The notes under the pieces were generated by a model, which did no database searches, was not told the DNA's origin, and saw only the letters and a list, made by a program, of their open reading frames with translations. A stretch of 64,000 bases of DNA, from assembly GCA_963748625.1 (NCBI GenBank), contig CAVVJT010000006.1, forward strand, positions 1-64,000, read 5' to 3'. Position numbers and translations under genes: made by a program. Source of the stretch: an uncultured Chloroflexia bacterium. Lineage in GTDB: Bacteria > Chloroflexota > Limnocylindria > Limnocylindrales > CSP1-4. Positions 30,413 to 46,393 of the stretch are shown here, piece by piece. Within the stretch, counting starts at the first letter, position 1; every line of letters begins with the position of its first letter.

Positions 30413-32374
30413 CTAGCGCTGCGGAGCGGCCGGTGTCGGGTCGAGCGTGGGGGTCGGGGCCGCCATGTTGACGGTGACGCGGACGATCGCCGGGGCGCCG
30501 CCCATCGCCGACAGCGGCCCGCTCTCGGGGGTCAACACGTCGAGCAGCAGCAGGTAGGTGCCCGGCTCGGCAGGTGCCCGGAGCTCCAGGGTCGCGTCGG
30601 AGGTTCCACCGGGAGCGGAGACCGCATCGTCGAGGCGGACGGTGAGCGGAGCGGGGACCGCAAGGCCGTCGGCCGAGACCCACGTGGCCACGAGGAGCGG
30701 CGGCACGGTGGTCGTGCGCAGCTCGACCTCCGGCTCGCCCGCGACCCGGCTCAACGGAGCGGCGAGGACCTGGTCCCAACGGGAGGAGCCGGCGTTGAGC
30801 ACGCGGACCGGCAAGTCAACGGACACGTCGGCTGTTGCCGAGAGCGTCGCGGGCACACCGTAGGCGACGGCCATCGCGCCACCAACCCGGACGAGCACCG
30901 GCACGAGCATGGCCTGCGTGGCCGCGTCGTATGCGACGCCGTCGGGCGTGTGCAGCGTGGCGGTGAGCCGGTACAGGCCGGGCTCTGCGGGGTAGGCGAC
31001 GTCGATCCCGAGACCGCTTGTGCCGCGGCGCGCACGTACCGGCTCCACCACTGAGCCGAACTGCTCGGGAACGACGAGGTCCACCTCGGGCGCCTCCGGA
31101 ACCGGGGTCGGAGTCGGGGCGAGCGACGGCGCGGGCGACGGCGTGGGCGACGGCGTGGGGGCAGGTTCGGGCATGGGCTCGACGGTGGCCTCGGGCGCGA
31201 TGGTCGGGGCATTGGGGCGCTCGAAGCGCGCGATGGCGTTGGGGTCGACTGTCGGCGACGGCGGGGCCAGCAGGGCCGGCTCCGGCAGCGCGGTCGGCGA
31301 CGGGGTGGGCTCCGGCGTGGGCGACGGAGTCGGCGCGACCGACGGCTCCGGCGCGGGTGGTGCATCCAGGAGGATCGGGTCCCAGCGGACCGATACCTGG
31401 GCGCCGGCGGGAATCTGCTTGGACTTGCCGCTTGCGAGCGGGAGCGTGAGACGGGTCTTGGTCCCGGCGATCGGCAGGGCGGCGAAGGACGGCTCGGCGA
31501 ACCGGATCCCGGTCGAGGTCAGCGAGGGCCCGGCTGTCGGGCCGAGGACGACGCCACCGAGCCGGCCGGCGGCCCCGGCACGCAGCTCCGCGGCCGTGAG
31601 GCCCTTCGCCACCAGGGATCGGACGAAGCCGCCGCTCGCGCGCTCGGGGTCCAGGCGGACGGCGTACCCAGGGGTGCGGGCACTGGCGGCTGCGATCCGG
31701 TGATTGCCGTTCGCGGTGGGTGATGCCGCCCAGATCTGCTCGACGCTCCCGCGGCCGCGAAGGAGGGCCTTCACGTAGTAGGCGGGCCCGAGATACGCCT
31801 CGGCCACGACGGCCCGGGCTCCGGCGCGCAGGAAGCCGGCTGCGTAGTTGTCGACACGCTGGACCGCCTGTTCCGGCGTGCCCTCCGACAGGCCGGGCTC
31901 GGTGTTGCCGCTCGCATAGCACAGGTGGCTCAGCAGCACGACGGCGTTGGACGCGAACCGGAGCTGTCCGACCACCTTCTCACCGAAGTACTGGTGCGTG
32001 CTGTCGTCACCGCCGGCGACGGGGTTCAGCCCAAAGCCGTTCTGGGTCGGTGGGTAGAGTGCGTCCCGGTAGCGGCTCGGCCAGCCGTTGCCATGACCCA
32101 GGTAGACGACGATCGAGGCGCCGGTCACGGCACTCTTCACGGCCGGCCATGTGGCGTTCGGCGAATAGACCATCACGACCTCGGCGCCGGCGGCCTGCGC
32201 GGCCTTGGCCGCATCGTTGGCGAGGGCCCGGTAGCGGTCGGTGATGCCCCCCGCGGGTCCGACGATGAGCGCGACCTTCGGGACGGGTGTCGCCGCGGCC
32301 GCGGGCGCAGCCACACCCGTCGCGCCGACCAGCGCGATGAGCGCGACGAACGTCAGGCGAAGCCGGCGATCCAG
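30413..32374 (-). CDS. Secreted protein with an N-terminal caspase/gingipain-like domain, Pro-rich linker and Ig-like C-terminus; probable CTG start
   Basis: VVYLGHGNG and VLLSHLCYASG His/Cys dyad; extending to CTG at 32374 restores the signal peptide DRRLRLTFVALIALVGATGVAAPAAAA, with GGAG 8 nt upstream. Confidence 0.68.
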   Translation of the reverse strand: MDRRLRLTFVALIALVGATGVAAPAAAATPVPKVALIVGPAGGITDRYRALANDAAKAAQAAGAEVVMVYSPNATWPAVKSAVTGASIVVYLGHGNGWPSRYRDALYPPTQNGFGLNPVAGGDDSTHQYFGEKVVGQLRFASNAVVLLSHLCYASGNTEPGLSEGTPEQAVQRVDNYAAGFLRAGARAVVAEAYLGPAYYVKALLRGRGSVEQIWAASPTANGNHRIAAASARTPGYAVRLDPERASGGFVRSLVAKGLTAAELRAGAAGRLGGVVLGPTAGPSLTSTGIRFAEPSFAALPIAGTKTRLTLPLASGKSKQIPAGAQVSVRWDPILLDAPPAPEPSVAPTPSPTPEPTPSPTALPEPALLAPPSPTVDPNAIARFERPNAPTIAPEATVEPMPEPAPTPSPTPSPAPSLAPTPTPVPEAPEVDLVVPEQFGSVVEPVRARRGTSGLGIDVAYPAEPGLYRLTATLHTPDGVAYDAATQAMLVPVLVRVGGAMAVAYGVPATLSATADVSVDLPVRVLNAGSSRWDQVLAAPLSRVAGEPEVELRTTTVPPLLVATWVSADGLAVPAPLTVRLDDAVSAPGGTSDATLELRAPAEPGTYLLLLDVLTPESGPLSAMGGAPAIVRVTVNMAAPTPTLDPTPAAPQR

Positions 32375-32579
32375 CGATCCGTCTCCCAGGCCGCGAGCGG
32401 AGTTGGCGGTGATCCTGCGGCCCCTACTCTAGTCGGGCGTGCCAACCCGTGCATAGTGAACTCCAGCCGGCTTCTGCGTGCCATGTAGCGTTCAGCACAG
32501 GTTCCCGGGGCATCCGTGCACCGTTCGGTACCCCGGCCCGATCATCCGATCCATCCGCGGCACGCGTACCATCCGGGAC

Positions 32580-34675
<2,096 letters not shown>

Positions 34676-34679
<4 letters not shown>

Positions 34680-35176
34680 TCGAGGGCGTCACCGTTCGCC
34701 TCGCCCGGGACGACGAGCTCGATGCCGCGGGGGACCTCGTGGTGGCGGCGTACCGGACGCATCCGGACATGGAGGACAGCGACGGGTACCTCGCCCACGT
34801 GCGCGACGTGCGGGGGCGGGCGACCGACACCGTCGTGCTGGTCGCGGTTGACGGTGACGGCCGGCTGCTCGGGTGCGTGAGCTATGTCCGGGACCACACG
34901 AGCGCGTTCGCGGAGATCGAGCAGCCGGGCGAGGCTGGGTTCCGGATGCTCGGCGTCGCTATGGCGGCTCGGGGCCGGGGCGTCGGGCGGGCACTGGTGG
35001 AGGCCTGCCTCGAGCGCGCACGCGCCGCGGGCCGCACGGGTCTGGTGATCGTGACCGCGCCGTCGTGGACGGACGCGCAGCATCTCTACGAGCGGGTCGG
35101 GTTCCGGCGAGCGCCGCACAGGGACTTCGAGCCCGTGCCCGGGATCAGCCTGTGGGCCTACGCCCTGGCCCTCTGA
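34676..35176 (+). CDS. GNAT family N-acetyltransferase
   Basis: GTGA overlap with the upstream gene; FRMLGVAMAARGRGVGRAL, LYERVGF. Confidence 0.87.
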
Positions 35177-35212
35177 CGCTCCCGGCGGGCAGCGCCGCGT
35201 GCCGCAGCCGGG

Positions 35213-35422
35213 TCAGGACTGGGGGGGCTTGGTCTCGTCCGTCGCGGCCGTCGCGGCCGTCTCGGTCTCGGTCGTCGTGGTGTCGTCCTTGACGCCCTCG
35301 ATCTCCTTGCGCGCCTCCTTGACGCCCTGGCCGAACGCGCGGCCGAGCAGGGGCAGGGTCTTGGGCCCGCGCCAGATGAGGACGATCACCAGCACGACGA
35401 CGAGGATGAGCGCGAGGTCCAT
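35213..35422 (-). CDS. tatA: Twin-arginine translocase subunit TatA/E
   Basis: MDLALILVVVLVIVLIWRGPKTLPLLGRAFGQGVKEARKE: TM helix, hinge and amphipathic helix; TACCAT -10 lies 7 nt before the ATG. Confidence 0.85.
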   Translation of the reverse strand: MDLALILVVVLVIVLIWRGPKTLPLLGRAFGQGVKEARKEIEGVKDDTTTTETETAATAATDETKPPQS

Positions 35423-35481
35423 GCGCGGGATGGTAGCAGCGCCGCTGCCCGGCGACCGTGCCGCGGAGTATCGTCCCGGGG

Positions 35482-37266
35482 ATGTCCAGCACGGCGGGTC
35501 CACTGCTCGTCTTCGGGCCCCGGTCACTCGCTTATGACTTCGGCCCGTCGCATCCGCTGACGCCCCGCCGGTTCGGGCCGGGCATCGACCTCCTGCGTCA
35601 GCTGGGGGCTGCGCCGGGCCTGGAGCCCGAGCCCGCTACCCTCGACGCCCTGCTCCGTCTCCACCTGCCCGAATATGTCGCCGCCGTGCGCAGGCTCTCG
35701 GCGGACCCGTCCGGCAGGGGCGCCATGGGGCTCGGTCTCGCGGACAACCCGGCCTTCGCCGGCATGCACGAGGCGGCCGCCGCCGTCGCGGGCGGTTCGT
35801 TGGCCGCGATGGAGGCGATCATCGGCGGCTGCACGCTCCATGCCCACCACCCCGGCGGCGGCCTCCACCACGCGATGGCGGACCGGGCGTGGGGCTTCTG
35901 CATCTACAACGACGTCGCCCTGGCCGTTGTCCGGGCCCGCACCGAGGGGCTGCGCGTGCTCTACGTGGATCTCGACGTCCACCACGGAGACGGTGTCCAG
36001 GCGCTGACCTGTGGCGATCCGGGGGTCCTCACGCTGTCGCTCCACGAGAGCGGCCGGTACCTGTTCCCCGGGACAGGGTTCCTCGACGAGCTCGGGGGTG
36101 GGCCGGCGGCCGGGTCGGCCGTGAACATGCCGTTCGAGCCGTACAGCGGGGAGGCGGTCTGGCTGGCTGCCGTCCGGGCGCTCGTGCCGACGCTCGCCGC
36201 CGTGTTCGGGCCGGACGTCGTGGTCTCGCAGCACGGGGCCGATACGCACGCCTGGGACCCGCTGGCGAACCTCCGGGTGACCACGACGGCGATGGCGGAG
36301 GCGGCCCGGGTGGTGGATGCGGTCGCGCACCGCTGGGCACGGGGGCGGTGGCTCGCGACGGGTGGGGGCGGGTATGAGGTGTACCGGGTGGTGCCGCGAG
36401 CCTGGGCCCTCACGTGGCTCGCGGGCGCCCACCGCGAGCCGCCGGAGCTGACGCCGGAGGCGTGGCGCGACCGGTGGTCGTCGGACGCGTCGTCGTTCGG
36501 GGCTCCGGGGATGCCGACGTCGTTCCTGGACGAGCCGAACGCCGGGCAGGCGGCCGGGGCACCGCAACGGGCTGCGGAGGAGCGGTCGCTCGCGATGCTG
36601 GCCAGGGTCCGTGCCGTGGCCCTGGCGCGGCTGGTGCGCGAGGCCGAGGACCGGGGCTGGTGGTCGCCGGCACTGCAATGGGCCGGGCACGAGCTGCTGA
36701 GCGGGACCGCACCGCATGAGCGCGCGTTGACGGGTTTCGGGGGCGCGCCAGGGGTTGCCGTCGCGGGCCCAGCTCACGACACGACCCCCACGGTGCGCGC
36801 CGTGACGGTCGCGAACCTCACCGGTCTCGGCCTGGTGCCGCGGGTCGTCGCGCCGTTCGACCCCGCGGATGCGCTGGCTCTGCTGCGTGCGGCGGCGCTC
36901 GACGGAGCGCGAGTCGTGGTGGCGGTGTCCGGACCGATGATCGTGGGAGTCGCCCTGGCCGCCCGCTCCGCCACCGAACCGGCCGAGGAGTCGCTCCTCG
37001 CCCTGGGCGTGGCCCCGCAGTTCCGGGGTGCCGGCCTGGGGACGGCGCTGCTCAGGACGCTCGTCGACGGGCGGCCGCCACGGACTCCGATGGAGGCACG
37101 TGTTGGCGTGGCGGAGCGGGACGTGGTCGAGCCGGCAGACGTCACGACGCGCCTCGAGATCGCCCGCCGCCTCCTCGACGGAGCGGGCTTCGTGATCAGC
37201 GCGACATCGCCGGACCTGGCCCGGGACGACCCGTGGACGCTGGTCGCGAGGTTGCCGGGCGCCTGA
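35482..37266 (+). CDS. acuC: AcuC-type Zn-dependent deacetylase fused to a C-terminal GNAT acetyltransferase domain
   Basis: YDFGPSHPL, GGLHHA, GFCIYND, DLDVHHGDG, GADTHAWDPL, GGGGY; C-terminal LGVAPQFRGAGLGTALL (GNAT motif A). Confidence 0.85.
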   Translation: MSSTAGPLLVFGPRSLAYDFGPSHPLTPRRFGPGIDLLRQLGAAPGLEPEPATLDALLRLHLPEYVAAVRRLSADPSGRGAMGLGLADNPAFAGMHEAAAAVAGGSLAAMEAIIGGCTLHAHHPGGGLHHAMADRAWGFCIYNDVALAVVRARTEGLRVLYVDLDVHHGDGVQALTCGDPGVLTLSLHESGRYLFPGTGFLDELGGGPAAGSAVNMPFEPYSGEAVWLAAVRALVPTLAAVFGPDVVVSQHGADTHAWDPLANLRVTTTAMAEAARVVDAVAHRWARGRWLATGGGGYEVYRVVPRAWALTWLAGAHREPPELTPEAWRDRWSSDASSFGAPGMPTSFLDEPNAGQAAGAPQRAAEERSLAMLARVRAVALARLVREAEDRGWWSPALQWAGHELLSGTAPHERALTGFGGAPGVAVAGPAHDTTPTVRAVTVANLTGLGLVPRVVAPFDPADALALLRAAALDGARVVVAVSGPMIVGVALAARSATEPAEESLLALGVAPQFRGAGLGTALLRTLVDGRPPRTPMEARVGVAERDVVEPADVTTRLEIARRLLDGAGFVISATSPDLARDDPWTLVARLPGA

Positions 37267-37469
37267 TCCGGGCGGGGTCGGTGACGGCGAGGGGCCGCAT
37301 GGGCCGGAGCCGGCGGCGTGGGAGGGGTCCGTCGGCCCCCCGTCGTCCTCGATCCTCGGTCGCTACGGCACGGGCACCGGAGCGCACCCATCGTCGACAA
37401 TCTCGTCAGCGCACTGACGTCGACCGCGTGGAACCCTCCTCCCCCCACCACGCGATCGGCCAGGTACCA

Positions 37470-37501
37470 CAAACGGCGGGCCTGCATGGGCCCGCCGTTT
37501 G
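37470..37501. terminator. Strong hairpin, possible (bidirectional) terminator
   Basis: CAAACGGCGGGCC-tgcatg-GGCCCGCCGTTTG, 13-bp perfect stem. Confidence 0.6.
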
Positions 37502-37527
37502 GCTGTCCGGCGGCTGGGAACGGCGCT

Positions 37528-37564
37528 AGAACATCTGTACGAAAGTGCCGCTCCGACCTATACT
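37528..37564 (+). promoter_or_regulatory. LexA/SOS-type box overlapping the -35 of the lhr promoter
   Basis: aGAAC-ATCT-GTACg (37529-37540), one mismatch to GAAC-N4-GTTC; TATACT -10 at 37559-37564; GTG at 37574. Confidence 0.7.
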
Positions 37565-37573
37565 CGGCGTCCG

Positions 37574-42291
<4,718 letters not shown>

Positions 42292-42295
<4 letters not shown>

Positions 42296-42630
42296 GCGAC
42301 CGCAAAAGCGCCACAATCCGGACCGGTGAGGCCACAACGCCGCTGGACGTCGATGATGCGGGCCCGCTGACGGCGGGTGTCCGTGAGCTGCGCGACCACC
42401 TGTCGCGCTATCTCGACGAGGTCAAGGCAGGACGATCGGTCACCGTGACCGATCACGGAAGGGTGATCGGGACCATTGTCCCGATGCGCTTCTCGGAGCG
42501 GACGATGGAGCTCTACCGGGAGGGGAAGGTCAACCTGCCGACCCTGCCCAAGCGCCCCGCAAGTGAGTTCAAGCGGGTCCATGTCGAGGGCGGGATCCAG
42601 GACATCCTCCGCGAGGTCAAGGGCGGGTGA
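42292..42630 (+). CDS. Type II antitoxin, Phd/YefM family
   Basis: GVRELRDHLSRYLDEVKAGRSVTVTDHGRVIGTIVP. Confidence 0.88.
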
Positions 42631-43058
42631 GCACCTGCTTCGACGCCTCGGCCCTCGTCAAGCTGTTCCTCGACGAGGGAGACGCGGAGACTGTCGAGGC
42701 GCTCTGGACGGACACGGCGGATGCCTTCGTGTCGATCGTCGCGTACGCGGAGCTTCGCGGCTCGATCTCGCGGGCGCTCCGTGGTGGGCGGATCCTCCCC
42801 GATGCGTACCCGACCGTCCGGCTGGAGCTCGAGCAGCTGTGGGGATCCGTCGTGGAGGTCCGGCTCGAGGGCACGCTGCCGCAGCGCGCAGGAGCCCTGG
42901 CCGACAGGCATGGCCTCGGCGCCCTGGATGCCATCCACCTCGCATCGGCGCTGAGCATCGCCACGCCGGCCGATCAACCCACCTTCGTCACCTTCGACCG
43001 GCGGCTGGCCGAGGCCGCCATCGCCGAGGGGCTCGCGGTTCTGCCCGAGGTCGCATAG
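42627..43058 (+). CDS. vapC: Type II toxin, VapC/PIN-domain ribonuclease
   Basis: FDASALVKL, AYAE, LDAIHLASA, FVTFDRRL; GTGA overlap with the antitoxin. Confidence 0.9.
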   Translation: MSTCFDASALVKLFLDEGDAETVEALWTDTADAFVSIVAYAELRGSISRALRGGRILPDAYPTVRLELEQLWGSVVEVRLEGTLPQRAGALADRHGLGALDAIHLASALSIATPADQPTFVTFDRRLAEAAIAEGLAVLPEVA

Positions 43059-43841
43059 GTGCCCGAGGGCGACACGCTCGTCCGCACCGCGGCGGGCCTG
43101 CGGCCGTACTTGGTCGGACGCACGGTGACTGCCGCGTCGGCCCGCGCGCCGGGTCCGCGAGTGGAGCGTCTGGTCGGCGCGACCGTGACCGGCGTCGAAG
43201 CGCAGGGCAAGAACCTCCTCATCCGCTTCGACAACGGCCTGGTGGTGCGGACGCACCTGCGCATGAACGGCTCGTGGCACCGCTACCGGCCGGGCGAACC
43301 GTGGCGCCTCCCGCCCGCACGGGCGCGGCTCGTCATCGAGGTCCCGGGATCGGTCGCCGTCTGCTTCGACGCCCCGACCGTGGAGCTGTTCGAGCAGCGG
43401 GCCGAGGGGCTGCACCCGGCCCTGGGCCGCCTCGGGCCGGACTTGCTGAAGGACCCGTTCGACGACGCCGAGGCGTTGCGACGGCTGCGGGATCCTGCCT
43501 GGGCGGACCGGTCCATCGCTGAAGCGCTCCTCGACCAGCGTGCGCTCGCCGGCATCGGCAACGAGGTGAAGAACGAGGTGCTGTGGCAGGCGCGGGTGTC
43601 GCCGTGGAGGCCGGTCCGCGAGGTCGATGACGAGCTGCTCGGCGTGCTCATCGACCTCGCCCGCGACGTCCTGCGCGAGGGCGCTGCCACCGGGCGCCGG
43701 CCCCGCCACGTGTACCGGCGCGCCGCCCGTCCCTGCCCGCACTGCGACACGTTGATCCGCGTCGAGCACCAGGGCCAGGACCTGCCCCGCCTAACCTTCT
43801 GGTGCCCCACGTGCCAGCCGGACCCGAGGAGCCCCGCATGA
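43059..43841 (+). CDS. nei: Fpg/Nei family DNA glycosylase (Nei2-like)
   Basis: N-terminal PEGD, GKNL, HLRMNGSW, H2TH LLDQRALAGIGN, zinc finger CPHC...CPTCQ. Confidence 0.94.
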   Translation: MPEGDTLVRTAAGLRPYLVGRTVTAASARAPGPRVERLVGATVTGVEAQGKNLLIRFDNGLVVRTHLRMNGSWHRYRPGEPWRLPPARARLVIEVPGSVAVCFDAPTVELFEQRAEGLHPALGRLGPDLLKDPFDDAEALRRLRDPAWADRSIAEALLDQRALAGIGNEVKNEVLWQARVSPWRPVREVDDELLGVLIDLARDVLREGAATGRRPRHVYRRAARPCPHCDTLIRVEHQGQDLPRLTFWCPTCQPDPRSPA

Positions 43842-44128
43842 ATGACAATCCCAACACGCCCGTCGACGTCCGCTGCGAGCCTGCTCCCGGCGGCTGGACC
43901 TGCCGCGTGACGGTGGGCGGTGCCGGAGCTCCCACGACGCATGTCGTGGGCATCTCGAACGCTGATCTTGCCCGCCTCGCCCCCGGCGCCCCGACCCCGG
44001 ACGACCTCGTCCGCCGGTCCTTCGCCTTCCTGCTCGCCCGCGAGCCGAAGGAGTCCATCCTGGGCCGCTTCGACCTGCCCCTGATCGGCCGCTACTTCCC
44101 GGAGTACGAGCGGATGGTCCTCGGCTAG
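43838..44128 (+). CDS. Small hypothetical protein coupled to nei
   Basis: ATGA overlap with the nei stop; high GC3; motif-like LVRRSFAFLLAREPKESIL..FDL..I.RYFPEYE. Confidence 0.75.
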   Translation: MNDNPNTPVDVRCEPAPGGWTCRVTVGGAGAPTTHVVGISNADLARLAPGAPTPDDLVRRSFAFLLAREPKESILGRFDLPLIGRYFPEYERMVLG

Positions 44129-45111
44129 GAGCCGAGCTCGCAGGTCAAGTCCACCGGCACCACGATCTCGTGACTCGGCTCGAGGTCGGACACGCGGGGC
44201 CACCCGAGGACGTCGTAGGACACCTGGATCGTGGTGGGTCTGAAGTCGGTACCGGGCGGGGGCGACGCCGGGTCCGCCAGGATCACGCCGCAGGTGTCCG
44301 GTGCCCCGGTCAGCACGATGAACACACGTTGCCGTGGTCCGAGCGTGAGTGGCTCGAACGGCCGGCTTGGGGCCCTGCCCGGGTCCCCCAAGGGGTGGTC
44401 GAGGAGGTTGATCGGATCGTCGACGATGTCCACCCGCTGCCACGGAGCGTCCCCGCCGCTCAGGATGCCGTTGAGACGGATCGGCAGTGGGCCGGAGTTG
44501 GCGATCGAGAAGCCCGTCCTGTACGGCTGTCCGGCCGCGTACACGAGCTGGCGGCCGGTGTACCCGGAGGGCATCTCCGCGCGCACGATGTCGGTCACGT
44601 AGGCACCATCCGATTCGTCGGCTACCGCCGCGGGCAGGAGGGACAGCGCCGCCGCCGCGATCGGGATCGCGAACATCACCGCGAGCACCATCAGCGACGC
44701 ACGACGCCGGCGGCGCAATGCGAGGATGGCGGCGACGGCAAGGCATCCCAACCCGATGAACGCGGCGACCTGGCCGGCTTGGGCGATGTCGGGGTAGTTG
44801 ACGATCCCCGGCCCGAGCGCTGGTGACACGTCCCCGGGAGCCGGTGATGCGCCCACCACTGTGGCGTCGAGCACCGCGCGATTGCCCAGCGCGACGACGA
44901 CGATCACGGCAGCCGCCGCGACCATCACCGTCCCGATAACGCTGGCGGCGATCCGCGCCCGGTCCGCGCCGCGTGGCGCCGTCTCCGGCACGCGGGCCAC
45001 GCCGTCGCGCAGGGCGTAGGGAGCGGTGCCAGGATCGCGGTCGGCGAGGAGGCCGCGGAACTCGCGCTCGAGTCGCGCGTCGGTGGCGTCGGTGATCGGC
45101 TGGTCGCTCAT
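44125..45111 (-). CDS. Membrane protein, probable anti-sigma factor
   Basis: Overlaps the ECF sigma stop; short N-terminal cytoplasmic helix (LEREFRGLL..APYALR) followed by TM segments and a soluble domain. Confidence 0.6.
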   Translation of the reverse strand: MSDQPITDATDARLEREFRGLLADRDPGTAPYALRDGVARVPETAPRGADRARIAASVIGTVMVAAAAVIVVVALGNRAVLDATVVGASPAPGDVSPALGPGIVNYPDIAQAGQVAAFIGLGCLAVAAILALRRRRRASLMVLAVMFAIPIAAAALSLLPAAVADESDGAYVTDIVRAEMPSGYTGRQLVYAAGQPYRTGFSIANSGPLPIRLNGILSGGDAPWQRVDIVDDPINLLDHPLGDPGRAPSRPFEPLTLGPRQRVFIVLTGAPDTCGVILADPASPPPGTDFRPTTIQVSYDVLGWPRVSDLEPSHEIVVPVDLTCELGS

Positions 45112-45674
45112 CGGTCCGCCTCCAGGAGCACGGTGCGGAGCTTTGTCATCGCGTGATGGAGGCGGGACTTGACGGTCCCCTCAGGCACGCCCGCGAGTGT
45201 CGCAACCTGCGGCACCGTGAGATCCCCGTGGAACCGGAGCGTCACCACCAGGCGCTCGTCCGGCGAGAGGGCGTCGAGGGCCCGCGAGAGCGCGTCGCGG
45301 ACAGCGGTCGTTTCGGACGCGTCGGCGACGCGCGGGTGCTCGATCTCGGTCAGGTCCCGGCCGACGTCCACCACCCGGTGGCGGGCTTTCGCGCGAAGGC
45401 GGTCGCGGCAGCCGTTGACGACGATCCGCGCGAACCAGGCGTCGAACGCACCGGGATCGCGTAGCGAGGCGAAGGCCCGCCAGGCTGCGACCGCAGCGTC
45501 GTGGACCGCGTCCTCGGCCTCGACCCGGTCGTTGAGGATCACGGCGGCAAGGCGGTAGGAGGCGTCCAACTGCCGGTCCACGAGGTGCCGGAAGGCGTCC
45601 GCCCGCGCGTCGATGACGCGCAGCGACGCTCCAGCACGCTCCCGGATCGGTTCCCCCACGAGACTCCCCAGCAT
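45108..45674 (-). CDS. ECF sigma-70 family RNA polymerase sigma factor
   Basis: AEDAVHDA, LRDPGAFDAWFARIVVNGCRDRLR, GVPEGTVKSRLHHA; start is approximate. Confidence 0.9.
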   Translation of the reverse strand: MLGSLVGEPIRERAGASLRVIDARADAFRHLVDRQLDASYRLAAVILNDRVEAEDAVHDAAVAAWRAFASLRDPGAFDAWFARIVVNGCRDRLRAKARHRVVDVGRDLTEIEHPRVADASETTAVRDALSRALDALSPDERLVVTLRFHGDLTVPQVATLAGVPEGTVKSRLHHAMTKLRTVLLEADR

Positions 45675-45765
45675 CGTCGCCTGCCTCCGTTCATCGAACC
45701 TGACGAACGGGCGGCACGAATCGTTCACGACTTGGCGAGCGTGCACCAGTGTCAACCGCCTGGCG

Positions 45766-46164
45766 CTACCCGGTCGTTCGAATCTTCCAGAACGAGTCCT
45801 TCGTCACGACCTTGCCATCGCGGAAGACCCACAGATCGCAGCCTCGGACCTCGATTCGCGCTCCCTCGATCGTCGTCCCGGACAGGGTCCACTCGGACGC
45901 CCCGCGGTCGCCGTCGACGAAGTGCTGATCCTGCCGATACCGGATGTCCGGGATACTGGAAAAGCGGGCGGCGAAGGCCTCGCGGATCGCTTCCCGGCCA
46001 ACGAACCGGGTGCCCCACGAGTCCGATCCCCGCGGCCCTTCGAAGACGGCGTTCTCGGCGAAGTGGGCCATGATCGCATCGAGGTCGTGCTCATCGAAGG
46101 CTGTCGCGATGGCCTTGAGCATCCGCATCGCGCCGTCGTGGTCCATGTGGCGCGGCTCGGTCAC
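45766..46164 (-). CDS. SnoaL/NTF2-like protein
   Basis: AFDEHDLDAIMAHFAENAVF, GDRGASEW, GCDLWVFRDGK..KDSFWK; TACCAT -10 lies 6 nt before GTG 46164. Confidence 0.87.
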   Translation of the reverse strand: MTEPRHMDHDGAMRMLKAIATAFDEHDLDAIMAHFAENAVFEGPRGSDSWGTRFVGREAIREAFAARFSSIPDIRYRQDQHFVDGDRGASEWTLSGTTIEGARIEVRGCDLWVFRDGKVVTKDSFWKIRTTG

Positions 46165-46393
46165 GACATCATGGTACTCACCGGCGCGTATGATCCGCGC
46201 CGGCCCTGTTCCCTGACGCGGCGAAGGGCGCAACAGATCGGTCTCTCGCGCGTCTCCAGAGCACTGTCGCGCTCGATGCGCACGGGCGTCCCGCCAGAGC
46301 CGGCCTCCGTCGGCAGACCCGTTCCTGCGGAGGGATCTGACCGGCCGATCACGAGCCCAGCGGGGCCCCGACCCGGGGGATGGGAGGACGACC

